The position numbers and the translations under genes are program-made. From a virus, in the IMG/VR virus record IMGVR_UViG_3300027608_000021, positions 1 through 64,000 of that record: DNA of 64,000 nt; one strand, written 5' to 3'. Of this stretch, positions 9,713-17,828 are shown in pieces. Each line of letters starts with the position of its first letter. The stretch's first letter is position 1. The notes beneath the pieces were generated by a model. The model saw only the letters and a program-made list of their open reading frames with translations, did no database searches and had not been told where the DNA came from.

Positions 9713-9756
9713 CTTGTTCCCTCCTCTCTACTATATACCCTAGAACCTAACATACC

Positions 9757-10086
9757 TTATTGGTGCTGCTCTGGCAGACAAGCCGCGCAGTACGGAACAC
9801 CTATATCGGTATTCAGTTGCTTAGACGCTGGGTCGTACCAAATAATATCGTCCTCAACCACAATGCCGTCGCACTCTGAGCAGTTCTCTACATCGTCAAA
9901 CTTCTCAGCCCTGCGATCCTCGCAGCCCCGACAATAAACCAGCACCACGCCAGACCAGTTCTTGTTGCTGTAAAACCACTCGCCGTTGTTATCATTGGCT
10001 TGTAGCGACTCGCCGCATTGGTCGCACCTTGTTGGCTCCTCGTCCATCAAAATCTTTCTATTCATCTGATCACTCATCGCCGACAT
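9757..10086 (-). CDS. Cys-rich Zn-binding protein
   Basis: Four CxxC pairs; stop abuts box. Confidence 0.7.
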   Translation of the reverse strand: MSAMSDQMNRKILMDEEPTRCDQCGESLQANDNNGEWFYSNKNWSGVVLVYCRGCEDRRAEKFDDVENCSECDGIVVEDDIIWYDPASKQLNTDIGVPYCAACLPEQHQ

Positions 10087-10088
10087 AT

Positions 10089-10292
10089 CTACTCCTCGTC
10101 GTAGCCGTCAAACCACGACCCATATTGCTCTGTATGCTTCTTACCAGCCTCGCTGGTCGTCGTGCTGCTGCTCGTGTCGGGGTCGGAGCACCAATGCTGA
10201 ACCTGTTCCAGCGTCTTACCTGTTGCGAGCACCTTGCTAGGATGACCCGCAAAATAAGTCCGTACCACCTTGTAAGTCTTGTCGTCAGACAT
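10089..10292 (-). CDS. hypothetical protein
   Basis: SD; operon packing. Confidence 0.7.
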   Translation of the reverse strand: MSDDKTYKVVRTYFAGHPSKVLATGKTLEQVQHWCSDPDTSSSTTTSEAGKKHTEQYGSWFDGYDEE

Positions 10293-10506
10293 TTGCTCCC
10301 TCCTTCCCACCCGCTAGGGTCAGCCAGTCAATCTTACCTGCCCCGAACAGGATTGCCTTTGGGTCAATATTGTATGACTGAGCCACATACTGAGCCATAC
10401 CTTCCTCCGATCCGCAGTCGCTACAAATCATCGTCTTGTTGTCGTAGCGAGATAGTGCTCCCCTGATTGCGTCAAACTGCTTACCGCAGCCACCACACTC
10501 CTCCAT
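10285..10506 (-). CDS. small Zn-finger protein
   Basis: CxxC...ALSRYDN..ICSDCG; box+SD. Confidence 0.7.
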   Translation of the reverse strand: MEECGGCGKQFDAIRGALSRYDNKTMICSDCGSEEGMAQYVAQSYNIDPKAILFGAGKIDWLTLAGGKEGANV

Positions 10507-10563
10507 TACCGCACCTCCTTCTTTGCTATGCCTTCCTACCATATACCCTAAACCCTAACATAC

Positions 10564-10917
10564 CTATTTGTCTACACTCTTGACTGATCCGCATCGGTCG
10601 CATCGGTAAGTCTTGCCATCCCACTTGTTTGGTTCAGGCTCAACCTCTATGCCCTCCGTGCTCGTCGTCGTGAAGCCGTCGCTGTCTGGCGTGTTGCCAC
10701 ACTCGCAGACAAGGAAGTCCCCGACAAACTTGATCTCGTGCTCGTGGTGTTCGTAGGCTCGTCCTACCTGTACCACGCTGATCTCCTCGTCCCACCAGTC
10801 CTCAACCGCCATCTCTTGCGCTATGGCAAGAGCCTTCTTGCGCGCCTCGTCCGCGTTGTCCGCTTCTACTCTGATCTCAACCTCGCATACCTTGCGTACC
10901 TCTGTCTCAAAAATCAT
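10564..10917 (-). CDS. Zn-ribbon hypothetical protein
   Basis: CECGN...CDRCG; stop abuts box. Confidence 0.7.
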   Translation of the reverse strand: MIFETEVRKVCEVEIRVEADNADEARKKALAIAQEMAVEDWWDEEISVVQVGRAYEHHEHEIKFVGDFLVCECGNTPDSDGFTTTSTEGIEVEPEPNKWDGKTYRCDRCGSVKSVDK

Positions 10918-11189
10918 TACTGAACCTCCTCGTCAATAAATCCTTCCAGTCGGAAGTTGTCCACGATAATAAACGCTGGCACTTCTTTCCCATAGATGCG
11001 GTGATTCACCCCATCAGGGAGCGGGATGCCCTGCTCGTTGTCTCCGTTGCGTACCGCCTCAATCGCAGCCTTCGCCACGCTGATCATTGAGCGAGGCGGC
11101 GCGGGATAAATGTTGCTCGTCAGATGCCACTCCAACGCTACATCCTCGCTCGCTGCTCCGCGCATACCCATCAGTCCTGCGTATCCCAT
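10917..11189 (-). CDS. hypothetical protein
   Basis: Box+SD upstream. Confidence 0.75.
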   Translation of the reverse strand: MGYAGLMGMRGAASEDVALEWHLTSNIYPAPPRSMISVAKAAIEAVRNGDNEQGIPLPDGVNHRIYGKEVPAFIIVDNFRLEGFIDEEVQ

Positions 11190-11244
11190 CTCAGACCTCC
11201 TTCTTGCTATGCCTTCCTATCTTATACCCTAAACCCTAACATAC

Positions 11245-11577
11245 CTACTGGTCTCGCCACTCCCCGCCCTTGTCCTCCTCGTCCGCACCCTGCGGGATCA
11301 AGTCCGTGAACCCTGCGTTCGGGTCGTCGTGATTCGTGCTCACCGCATTGACGAACCTGAGACCGCACGAGTCGTCGTACCACTTTCTAATCGTGGTCAG
11401 CATCTCGTCAGCCGTCATCTCGCCAGCCGAAATGAGCGGGTTATACCCATAGCCCTTCATCTGTACCATCTGCTCGTCATCCAAGAGCACATAAATCTTG
11501 TGGCAAGTATCAAACGCGATCCCCTTCGCACCAAGTAGCGCGCCTTCTACCTTGCTCCACATCTCTGCTGTTGCCAT
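11245..11577 (-). CDS. hypothetical protein (single-gene cassette)
   Basis: Flanked by identical ~62-bp repeats. Confidence 0.8.
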   Translation of the reverse strand: MATAEMWSKVEGALLGAKGIAFDTCHKIYVLLDDEQMVQMKGYGYNPLISAGEMTADEMLTTIRKWYDDSCGLRFVNAVSTNHDDPNAGFTDLIPQGADEEDKGGEWRDQ

Positions 11578-11632
11578 CTCAGACCTCCTTCTTGCTATGC
11601 CTTCCTATCTTATACCCTAAACCCTAACATAC

Positions 11633-11935
11633 CTACCCTTCGTACCACTCCACATCTGAAAGTTCGCCGTCGTAGAGCATCTGCTCAACGCGAGCGAGAT
11701 CCATCCCTCGTACCACCTGAGCGAACGCCTCGTCGCAGTCCAAGCAGTAGAGTTCCTCAGCCGTAGTCTGGTCAGGAAATAGATCCTCGTGGAAATCCTG
11801 TGCCCAGAACGCTCGTCCCCCATCCTCCAAAGGTTTTAGGTTAGCGAGCACCTTCGCCGTGATCGTGATGCCACGAGCGTCAATCTCCGCATCCTTCGCC
11901 TCGTCGCAAGTGTGTCTGTACATACCTTCTGCCAT
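11633..11935 (-). CDS. hypothetical protein (single-gene cassette)
   Basis: Box+SD upstream, TAG fused to next box. Confidence 0.75.
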   Translation of the reverse strand: MAEGMYRHTCDEAKDAEIDARGITITAKVLANLKPLEDGGRAFWAQDFHEDLFPDQTTAEELYCLDCDEAFAQVVRGMDLARVEQMLYDGELSDVEWYEG

Positions 11936-11990
11936 AGAGCACCTCCTTCTTGCTATGCCTTCCTATCTTATACCCTAAACCCTAACATAC

Positions 11991-12248
11991 CTATCCTTCG
12001 TACCGCAAGATATTCTCAGCCGTGTGTGCTGCGAGTCGCTCGTGGTCGCCACACTCACAAGGAGCGCAGTTGAGGCAGTACACCTTCGCACCCTCAGGAA
12101 CCGCACTCTCGTAGTCCTCCCAATCCAGTACGCCCCACTCGTTCTCCCTGCGTGGTCGGCTGTCGCTGTAAACCCAGAACCCTGCTACCATCTCGTCAGG
12201 GTAGTAGACGATCACCTTACAATCTCTACAAGTCCTTGCCTCGTACAT
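11991..12248 (-). CDS. Cys-rich hypothetical protein (cassette)
   Basis: CxxC motifs; box+SD; TAG fused to next box. Confidence 0.75.
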   Translation of the reverse strand: MYEARTCRDCKVIVYYPDEMVAGFWVYSDSRPRRENEWGVLDWEDYESAVPEGAKVYCLNCAPCECGDHERLAAHTAENILRYEG

Positions 12249-12304
12249 CTCAGACCTCCTTCGCTATGCCTTCCTACCATATACCCTAAACCCTAACATA
12301 CCTG

Positions 12305-12721
12305 TTAGGCAAATACCAGTTCGCCGAACATCGCGTACTGAAAGATAATATCCGCACCTGTCGCGTCCACATCTATCTCCCCGCCGTATGCGTCAAACGA
12401 GATTGTGTGAGCGTACTTGCTACTGAGCACGGCACACACCGCCTTCTCCAAGTTCTCAATCGTGATCTCAAACCAGTCGTTGTTGTCCCTCGTAGGTTCG
12501 CCGTTGTCCTCGTCCTCCTTGATTCTGACGAGCACCTCGTCGCGTGGAATATCCCGAAGTTTGTCGTGATCAGGGTCGTCAAACTTAGCGTCGGGATTCA
12601 CATACCACCGCTTCCACTTGTAGTCAGTACACTCTGCCCAATACCCTGTACCGCCCTCAATCGCACCGACTACGATATTCACCGCGTCGTTCGGTTCCAG
12701 TACCACCTGTGTGATTTTCAT
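12305..12721 (-). CDS. conserved phage hypothetical protein (cassette)
   Basis: GG.GYWA...DA..AD.I.Q.A.FGE.VF pattern; box+SD. Confidence 0.75.
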   Translation of the reverse strand: MKITQVVLEPNDAVNIVVGAIEGGTGYWAECTDYKWKRWYVNPDAKFDDPDHDKLRDIPRDEVLVRIKEDEDNGEPTRDNNDWFEITIENLEKAVCAVLSSKYAHTISFDAYGGEIDVDATGADIIFQYAMFGELVFA

Positions 12722-12761
12722 ATGCCCTCCTTCCTATTCTATACCCTAAACCCTAACATAC

Positions 12762-13031
12762 CTACTTGCCCTGAGGGAACCGCTCCACGAGCCACTCGTA
12801 CGCCTTCTGAGCGTCCTCGTCCCCTGCTGCCATCGCGTTGCCCAGATGCCCTGCGATATTTATGACCGATCCCAATAGAGCACGAGCGTTGTCGCGCTCC
12901 TCACGGCTGACCTGACCCACGATATTCTCCCCAAAGAGAGCCGCCATCGTCGCGTACCCCTGCTTGTCGGGAGTCATATCTATGAACCCTGCGTTGCGCT
13001 CCTTGATTGCTGCGTCCTTCATAGCACCCAT
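12762..13031 (-). CDS. hypothetical protein (cassette)
   Basis: Box+SD; TAG fused to next box. Confidence 0.75.
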   Translation of the reverse strand: MGAMKDAAIKERNAGFIDMTPDKQGYATMAALFGENIVGQVSREERDNARALLGSVINIAGHLGNAMAAGDEDAQKAYEWLVERFPQGK

Positions 13032-13113
13032 ATCTCCACCTCCTTCTACTCTATACCCTAAACCCTAACATAGCGGTCGGGGGAGACCAGTCGCCTAATC
13101 TCCCCCGATACCC

Positions 13114-13530
13114 CTAGTCCATTCGTGATCGGAACCCTACACCCTTGTAGCCCTTGCTCGTGAGGTAGCGTGCCACCGCTCCTGCTGCCGCCTCCTTGCG
13201 AGAGAGAGACTGCCCGAATCCTGAGACCCAGAGATCTACCCCGCCACCATACGCCTTGTGAGCAGCAAAGATCCCGCCCCTAGCCCCTTCATAGTTCCTG
13301 AGGATCGCCTTGCCAAGAGCCGTATTGAGCGGCACATTGACCCACGCGAATCCACACGCTCCCCCTGAGACATCCCAGCGTTGCCCAGTCGCCGAATCTA
13401 CGACAACCATAGGATCGGGATTGTCTCCCAGTCCTGCGGCACAACCCTGAGCGATCGCCTCAATGAGATCCTGCTCAATGATGAGCCGCTGAGCCTTCGC
13501 CTCTCTGATCTTATCCTTCACATAACCCAT
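13114..13530 (-). CDS. conserved phage hypothetical protein (cassette)
   Basis: GACGFAWV...QS..RKEA.A.A pattern; GGAGG SD before ATG at 13530. Confidence 0.75.
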   Translation of the reverse strand: MGYVKDKIREAKAQRLIIEQDLIEAIAQGCAAGLGDNPDPMVVVDSATGQRWDVSGGACGFAWVNVPLNTALGKAILRNYEGARGGIFAAHKAYGGGVDLWVSGFGQSLSRKEAAAGAVARYLTSKGYKGVGFRSRMD

Positions 13531-13679
13531 ACCAGTACCTCCTACGCTATCGGGATCAGATTGTCTGACCCTCACCATATACCCTAAACCCTAACATACC
13601 TCTTTACCCTATAAATATTGTATAAATAATACCCTTATATACCCCTAAAAATCGCCCGAAATACCCTATTTATATCAAC

Positions 13680-13856
13680 TCACAGGGGAGTAGCCTTAGC
13701 CCTACGCGCTTCCACTCCCTGCTGTTGTACCTTCTTAGCGTGAGCCTTCCATAGTAGTTCCTGATGGAGTCGGATCGTACCCTTCCCAGTCATCAGGTGC
13801 TGAAATGAGCGTGATTCTACCTTCTTGTCTCTGTTGCTCTTGCTGTATTCCATCAT
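13680..13856 (-). CDS. 58-aa basic hypothetical protein (cassette)
   Basis: Read manually MMEYSKS...KATPL; box+GGAGG SD. Confidence 0.6.
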   Translation of the reverse strand: MMEYSKSNRDKKVESRSFQHLMTGKGTIRLHQELLWKAHAKKVQQQGVEARRAKATPL

Positions 13857-13998
13857 TACCTCCTACTCTATACCCTAGACCCTAACATAGCAGTCTAGGC
13901 TCAATAATCTAGGAGAGTCGCGCCGCGTGGTTATTTGTGCCACCTCGTGCCACTTCCCTCCACTATATACCCTAAACCCTAACATACCGCCTCGTGCC

Positions 13999-14012
13999 AG
14001 AACATCTGTTCT
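13999..14012. promoter_or_regulatory. LexA/SOS-type box AGAAC-ATCT-GTTCT
   Basis: GAAC-N4-GTTC palindrome. Confidence 0.55.
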
Positions 14013-14157
14013 ATTTGGTCTGACCCTAGAACCTAACACACCTGCGCGGATCGGGGTATTTGGATACTCCCCCCTTGTATCTGATGTGTGAGGATGTAGG
14101 GTCAGAGGAGAGAGGCACACGCTTTCCCACCCTGACCCTAGAACCTAACACATCCAA

Positions 14158-14173
14158 TAGAACAGGTGTTCTA
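14158..14173. promoter_or_regulatory. LexA/SOS-type box TAGAAC-AGGT-GTTCTA
   Basis: GAAC-N4-GTTC palindrome. Confidence 0.6.
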
Positions 14174-14268
14174 CTCCTACTGACCCTAAACCCTAACACA
14201 TCCCTACAAAGAAGGATAGGCAGAGCAGGGGTAGGAGACCCTCGCTCTGCCTAGTATCTAGTGTATCC

Positions 14269-14433
14269 CTAGTATCCTGCCTCTTTGAGGAAGTCTAGGA
14301 ACCTTGTGGTTGCCGCCGATTTTGTGTAGAAGTAATAGACCTGCTTCACATAGTCTCCCTGATCGGAGATGTATGTTAGTACCCAAGAACCATTGAGATT
14401 CTTGTATACGCTGATGTCTCTCTTGTATGCCAT
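14269..14433 (-). CDS. 54-aa hypothetical protein (cassette)
   Basis: Read manually MAYKRDISVY...KEAGY; box+SD, downstream hairpin 14217-14253. Confidence 0.65.
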   Translation of the reverse strand: MAYKRDISVYKNLNGSWVLTYISDQGDYVKQVYYFYTKSAATTRFLDFLKEAGY

Positions 14434-14480
14434 CTTGTATCTCCTCTCTCTCCTACTCTATACCCTAGATCCTAACAGAC

Positions 14481-14720
14481 CTAGAAAGCATCCCCGCAGC
14501 AGCAATCTGCCCAGTCTACGCTACCGACAGGGCAGGTTGCGAGGTGCTGCTCTTTGAGAGGGTATGAGGTGTCGTGCTCCTTATCAAAGCCCACCTTTGC
14601 CCCAAGCCAAGCGTAGTCCTCGTGCTCTTGTGCGAGTTTGGCAAACTTCTGCTGATCGTTAGCAGCAGCAGCCTTCTCTGCTTCCTCGCGGATCTGCTCC
14701 AACTTCTGCTCAATGGTCAT
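14481..14720 (-). CDS. hypothetical protein (cassette)
   Basis: GGAGG SD before ATG 14720; TAG fused to next box. Confidence 0.7.
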   Translation of the reverse strand: MTIEQKLEQIREEAEKAAAANDQQKFAKLAQEHEDYAWLGAKVGFDKEHDTSYPLKEQHLATCPVGSVDWADCCCGDAF

Positions 14721-14872
14721 CCTTGTGCCTCCTATCTTGTAGAGGGTATCTCCCTCAACATATACCCTAAACCCTAACATAGCCACTTGTACAGACTGAC
14801 CCTAAAACCTAACACATCTAGCCCCAATAGTTAGGGGCGGGGTGTCTTGCCGACCTTCCCCGCCCCTTGTTG

Positions 14873-15169
14873 TTAGGCTCGCGCTACGCCTTGCCGTACC
14901 ACGCTCTGATGGCGGCTGGTTGTGTGGCTGTACTTTTCCTCTGGCACTACCCACGCGCCGCGCTTTGTGTACCACGCGATCGGTGTGGCGTAAGAGTAGA
15001 CAACATATGCCAACTCTCCCGCCGTTGCGTCTGCTAGGTACAACTCTGCTGCCCTGCCGTAGATTTGCCCTGTACCGCTTGGGCTGCGGGTTGCCCAGAT
15101 GCTGTTGCCTCTAAACTCTGCCCGCTGTGCCACCTTACCGATGGCATCGTGCCGTGATGTGTATCCCAT
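14873..15169 (-). CDS. conserved phage hypothetical protein (cassette)
   Basis: VVYSY.TPIAW...YS.TTS.HQ pattern; box+SD; hairpin 14833-14867. Confidence 0.75.
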   Translation of the reverse strand: MGYTSRHDAIGKVAQRAEFRGNSIWATRSPSGTGQIYGRAAELYLADATAGELAYVVYSYATPIAWYTKRGAWVVPEEKYSHTTSRHQSVVRQGVARA

Positions 15170-15371
15170 TTGTTGCCTCCTACTTTGTGGAGAGATTGTC
15201 TCTCCCTACCATATACCCTAGACCCTAACATACCCGCCAGCCCCGCTATTGTCTGGCTCGTGCCTCTTGTACTTAGTCCATAGATCCTCCTTCTCTTTCT
15301 TTCCTACCATATACCCTAAATCCTAACAGAGCAACCTGCCCCTAAACCCTAACACATCTAATAGATAAAAG

Positions 15372-15592
15372 CAAGAGGAGCCAACCCCGTCGGGCTGGCT
15401 CCTCTTGATCGGGCTGATTCTGGCTCCCCCCGTCGGGATAACCCTCCTCGCCGCCCTACCGCTCCCAGATTTACAGAGTCTGTCCTAGCGGTCATCGCTC
15501 CACCTGCATCTCTTTACCCGCATTTATGGCTGCGGCAACTGATCGCTCGTCTAACGCCTCACCATTGGTTGAGAGTTCCTAGGATCTCTCTC
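15372..15592 (-). ncRNA. candidate small RNA cassette (no ORF)
   Basis: Between type-A box 15594 and terminator hairpin 15372-15406; several stems, no SD/ORF. Confidence 0.4.
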
Positions 15593-15767
15593 CCTACCAT
15601 ATACCCTAGATCCTAACAGACCTAGGCTCTATGATGGTTGAGAGGGATTTTATCCCCTCTCTTCCTACTATATACCCTAAACCCTAACATACCGAGATGA
15701 CCCTAGACCCTAACACACCAAAAATAGGCAGAGACTGGCAGCCCCTGCCAGCCCCTGCCCATCTCTG

Positions 15768-16106
15768 CTAGATCGTGATCGTCTCGCTCTTGCGGAAATC
15801 GTAGATCGCAATCTGCCGATTTTCTGCCCCTAGATTGAGCGCGTCCCTCTTGTTGCGTACGATTGTCGTCGGATCTAGATGGATGGTATCCCCATCAACC
15901 CACGCCCCTAGATGCCTCGTGCCAAATCTGTGCCAGATCAGGAACATCGCCTGACGGATCGCCGTCTCTGTTGCTGTAATCGGGAGACGGATCGCCGTCT
16001 CTGCTGTTGAGCCTACGGCATAGCCCCGCTTTAGCGAGACCGCTACCATCGTGCGGCTCCTGATTGTGGCTCCCCCATCCTTGAGGATCGTCTCTCTGAG
16101 TCCCAT
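15768..16106 (-). CDS. conserved phage hypothetical protein (cassette)
   Basis: GAW.D...LD...A..LG..N.Q.AIYD pattern; box+SD. Confidence 0.75.
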   Translation of the reverse strand: MGLRETILKDGGATIRSRTMVAVSLKRGYAVGSTAETAIRLPITATETAIRQAMFLIWHRFGTRHLGAWVDGDTIHLDPTTIVRNKRDALNLGAENRQIAIYDFRKSETITI

Positions 16107-16273
16107 ATCTTGTGCCTCCTACTATTGGAGAGGATCTCTCTCCTACCATATACCCTAAACCCTAACAGACCAACCTGCCCCTAAACCCTAACACACCTAA
16201 AAAAATACAAAGAAATAGTATCGGCGTGTTAGGGTGTAGGGTCAGGGGGGAGACCCAGCCTCCCCCCGCCCCG

Positions 16274-16447
16274 CTAGAATACCTGCTCTGGCAGATCGTA
16301 TTCTTTGTTTGCTGCGCGCATCTCGGCGTAGATCCGCTGCGCCTCGGCGTGATCCCCACGCGCTTCTGCTTCGCGCATCTTCTTGAGATACGGCGCTCGT
16401 GCCGCTGACCCCTCTTCCAGGAGTCTGATGTCGTCTCCTAGACTCAT
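16274..16447 (-). CDS. 57-aa helical hypothetical protein (cassette)
   Basis: Read manually MSLGDDIRLL...PEQVF; box+GGAGG SD. Confidence 0.65.
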   Translation of the reverse strand: MSLGDDIRLLEEGSAARAPYLKKMREAEARGDHAEAQRIYAEMRAANKEYDLPEQVF

Positions 16448-16634
16448 CTTCTACCTCCTACTTTACCAGGGCTGTTGCCCCTACCATATACCCTAAACCC
16501 TAACATACCGCCCTGACCCTAGACCCTAACACACCGCATATTCAGAAAAACGAAAAGAGGCTGACCCTAGACCCTAACACATCGCTTATTCAGAAAAACG
16601 GAAAGAGGGGAGCGACCCCCCTTCCCGTCTCTCT

Positions 16635-16829
16635 TTAGTACCAGCCCTTGATGGATTCTCCTCGTGCGATCTTTGCCTTTGCCACCCCTAGTTTGAGTGC
16701 CGCCAGAGTCTGCTCTGGATTTGCGAGGATTGCGATTGCGATCTGCTTTGCGATCTTTTCGTTGCTTTGTGCGAGTTCTACGACTGCGAGGATTGCTTGC
16801 TTCTCCTCGGTGCTGAATACTCCGTTCAT
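16635..16829 (-). CDS. hypothetical protein (cassette)
   Basis: Box+SD. Confidence 0.7.
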   Translation of the reverse strand: MNGVFSTEEKQAILAVVELAQSNEKIAKQIAIAILANPEQTLAALKLGVAKAKIARGESIKGWY

Positions 16830-16901
16830 TTGACCCTCCTACTTTTTGCCTTCTTGTGAGGGAGCGACCCTCTACCTTATTCCCTCAACCCTAACATACC
16901 G

Positions 16902-16919
16902 ATAGAACAGATGTTCTAT
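16902..16919. promoter_or_regulatory. LexA/SOS-type box ATAGAAC-AGAT-GTTCTAT
   Basis: 7-bp arms; sits between type B and type A boxes. Confidence 0.6.
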
Positions 16920-17053
16920 AGACTCTGCCCCTAAACCCTAACACACCGAAAGAAAAGAGCCGCCAGAACCCTGACCCTAGACCCTAACACATCGCATAAA
17001 TAAAAAGAAAAGGGAGCAGCAGGGGGGGGTGATCCCCTGCCGCTCCCTTGTTG

Positions 17054-17296
17054 TTAGGCTGCGATTTTCTTGAGAATCAGCCTCTTGGCTCCGAAATCGT
17101 ACCAGCCGTCGCCTCGTGCTTGATCATTTACCAAGAGCCGCCCTGCGATAATCAGAGCCTTGCTCTTGTACTCACCCGCTGCCGCTGCTGCTGCCACTCT
17201 GAGCACCTGCTCTGATGGAGCCGCATTTGTGAGAGCCCTGCCGTGTCGGGCACTCTTGCCAAACCCAGCCCATCGCTTCATCCCCCAGACTTTCAT
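17054..17296 (-). CDS. hypothetical protein (cassette)
   Basis: Box+SD; hairpin 17010-17048. Confidence 0.7.
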   Translation of the reverse strand: MKVWGMKRWAGFGKSARHGRALTNAAPSEQVLRVAAAAAAGEYKSKALIIAGRLLVNDQARGDGWYDFGAKRLILKKIAA

Positions 17297-17465
17297 CCTG
17301 TACCTCCTACCTTGTGGAGTCTCTTGTTGAGCCTCCTACCATATACCCTAAATCCTAACAGAGCAACCCGACCCTAAACCCTAACACACCTGACCTGACC
17401 CTAGAACCTAACACACCGCCCAAATAAAAAAGGGGAGAGAGTCCCTTGACCCTCTCCCCTGATTC

Positions 17466-17660
17466 TTATAGTGCGCGGTTGTCGGTGCTCCAAGCGAGCC
17501 GTGCGATCTCTTGAGAGATTGCCGAGAGTTCAGCCTCTAGAGCCTCTCGCTCGTTTCGCTCTTTTGTCTCTGCTGCGATCCTTCGCTTTGTCTGCTCTAG
17601 CGTGTTTCTTGACGATGCTAGCCGATTCTTGAGATCCTGAATCGTCTCAAAGTGCTTCAT
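17466..17660 (-). CDS. coiled-coil hypothetical protein (cassette)
   Basis: Box+SD; hairpin 17430-17460 plus T-run. Confidence 0.7.
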   Translation of the reverse strand: MKHFETIQDLKNRLASSRNTLEQTKRRIAAETKERNEREALEAELSAISQEIARLAWSTDNRAL

Positions 17661-17763
17661 CTCTTGATCCTCCTACTATCTGGAGAGCGTCTGCTCTCCT
17701 ACCTTATACCCTAAACCCTAACAGAGCGACCTGACCCTAAACCCTAACACACCGAATAAGAGC

Positions 17764-17809
17764 AAAAAAAAAGAGAGACCAGAGCAGCCTCGCCGCTCTG
17801 GTCTCTCTC
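17764..17809 (-). terminator. intrinsic terminator after sigma-like gene
   Basis: AGAGAGACCAGAGC/GCTCTGGTCTCTCT stem followed by T-run on minus strand. Confidence 0.8.
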
Positions 17810-17828
17810 TGCCGTAGCAGCCTCGCTG

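Larger units (their letters stand above)
6468..17753 (-). repeat. dispersed array of ~43 boxes, core TGTTAGGGTTTAGGG (+ strand CCCTAAACCCTAACA)
   Basis: ~26 type A (core+TATATGGTAG) at approx. 6468, 6837, 6874, 8656, 9728, 10536, 11217, 11605, 11963, 12274, 12733, 13046, 13574, 13862, 13962, 14452, 14757, 15206, 15304, 15594, 15664, 16143, 16480, 16872, 17336, 17699; ~15 type B (core+TCAG/GCAG); 2 inverted. Confidence 0.95.

Noticed and set aside
10507-13072. CRISPR array
   Set aside because: Inter-repeat segments are 250-650 bp intact ORFs and repeats are non-palindromic; no cas operon (53300-54232 is a stand-alone phage exonuclease)
6468-17753. Plant/algal telomere (TTTAGGG)n or eukaryotic contamination
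   Set aside because: Only two units per site, dispersed in front of SD-led phage genes, never in long tandem tracts
6468-17753. Classical integron
   Set aside because: No tyrosine integrase and no attC-type imperfect palindromes (RYYYAAC...GTTRRRY)
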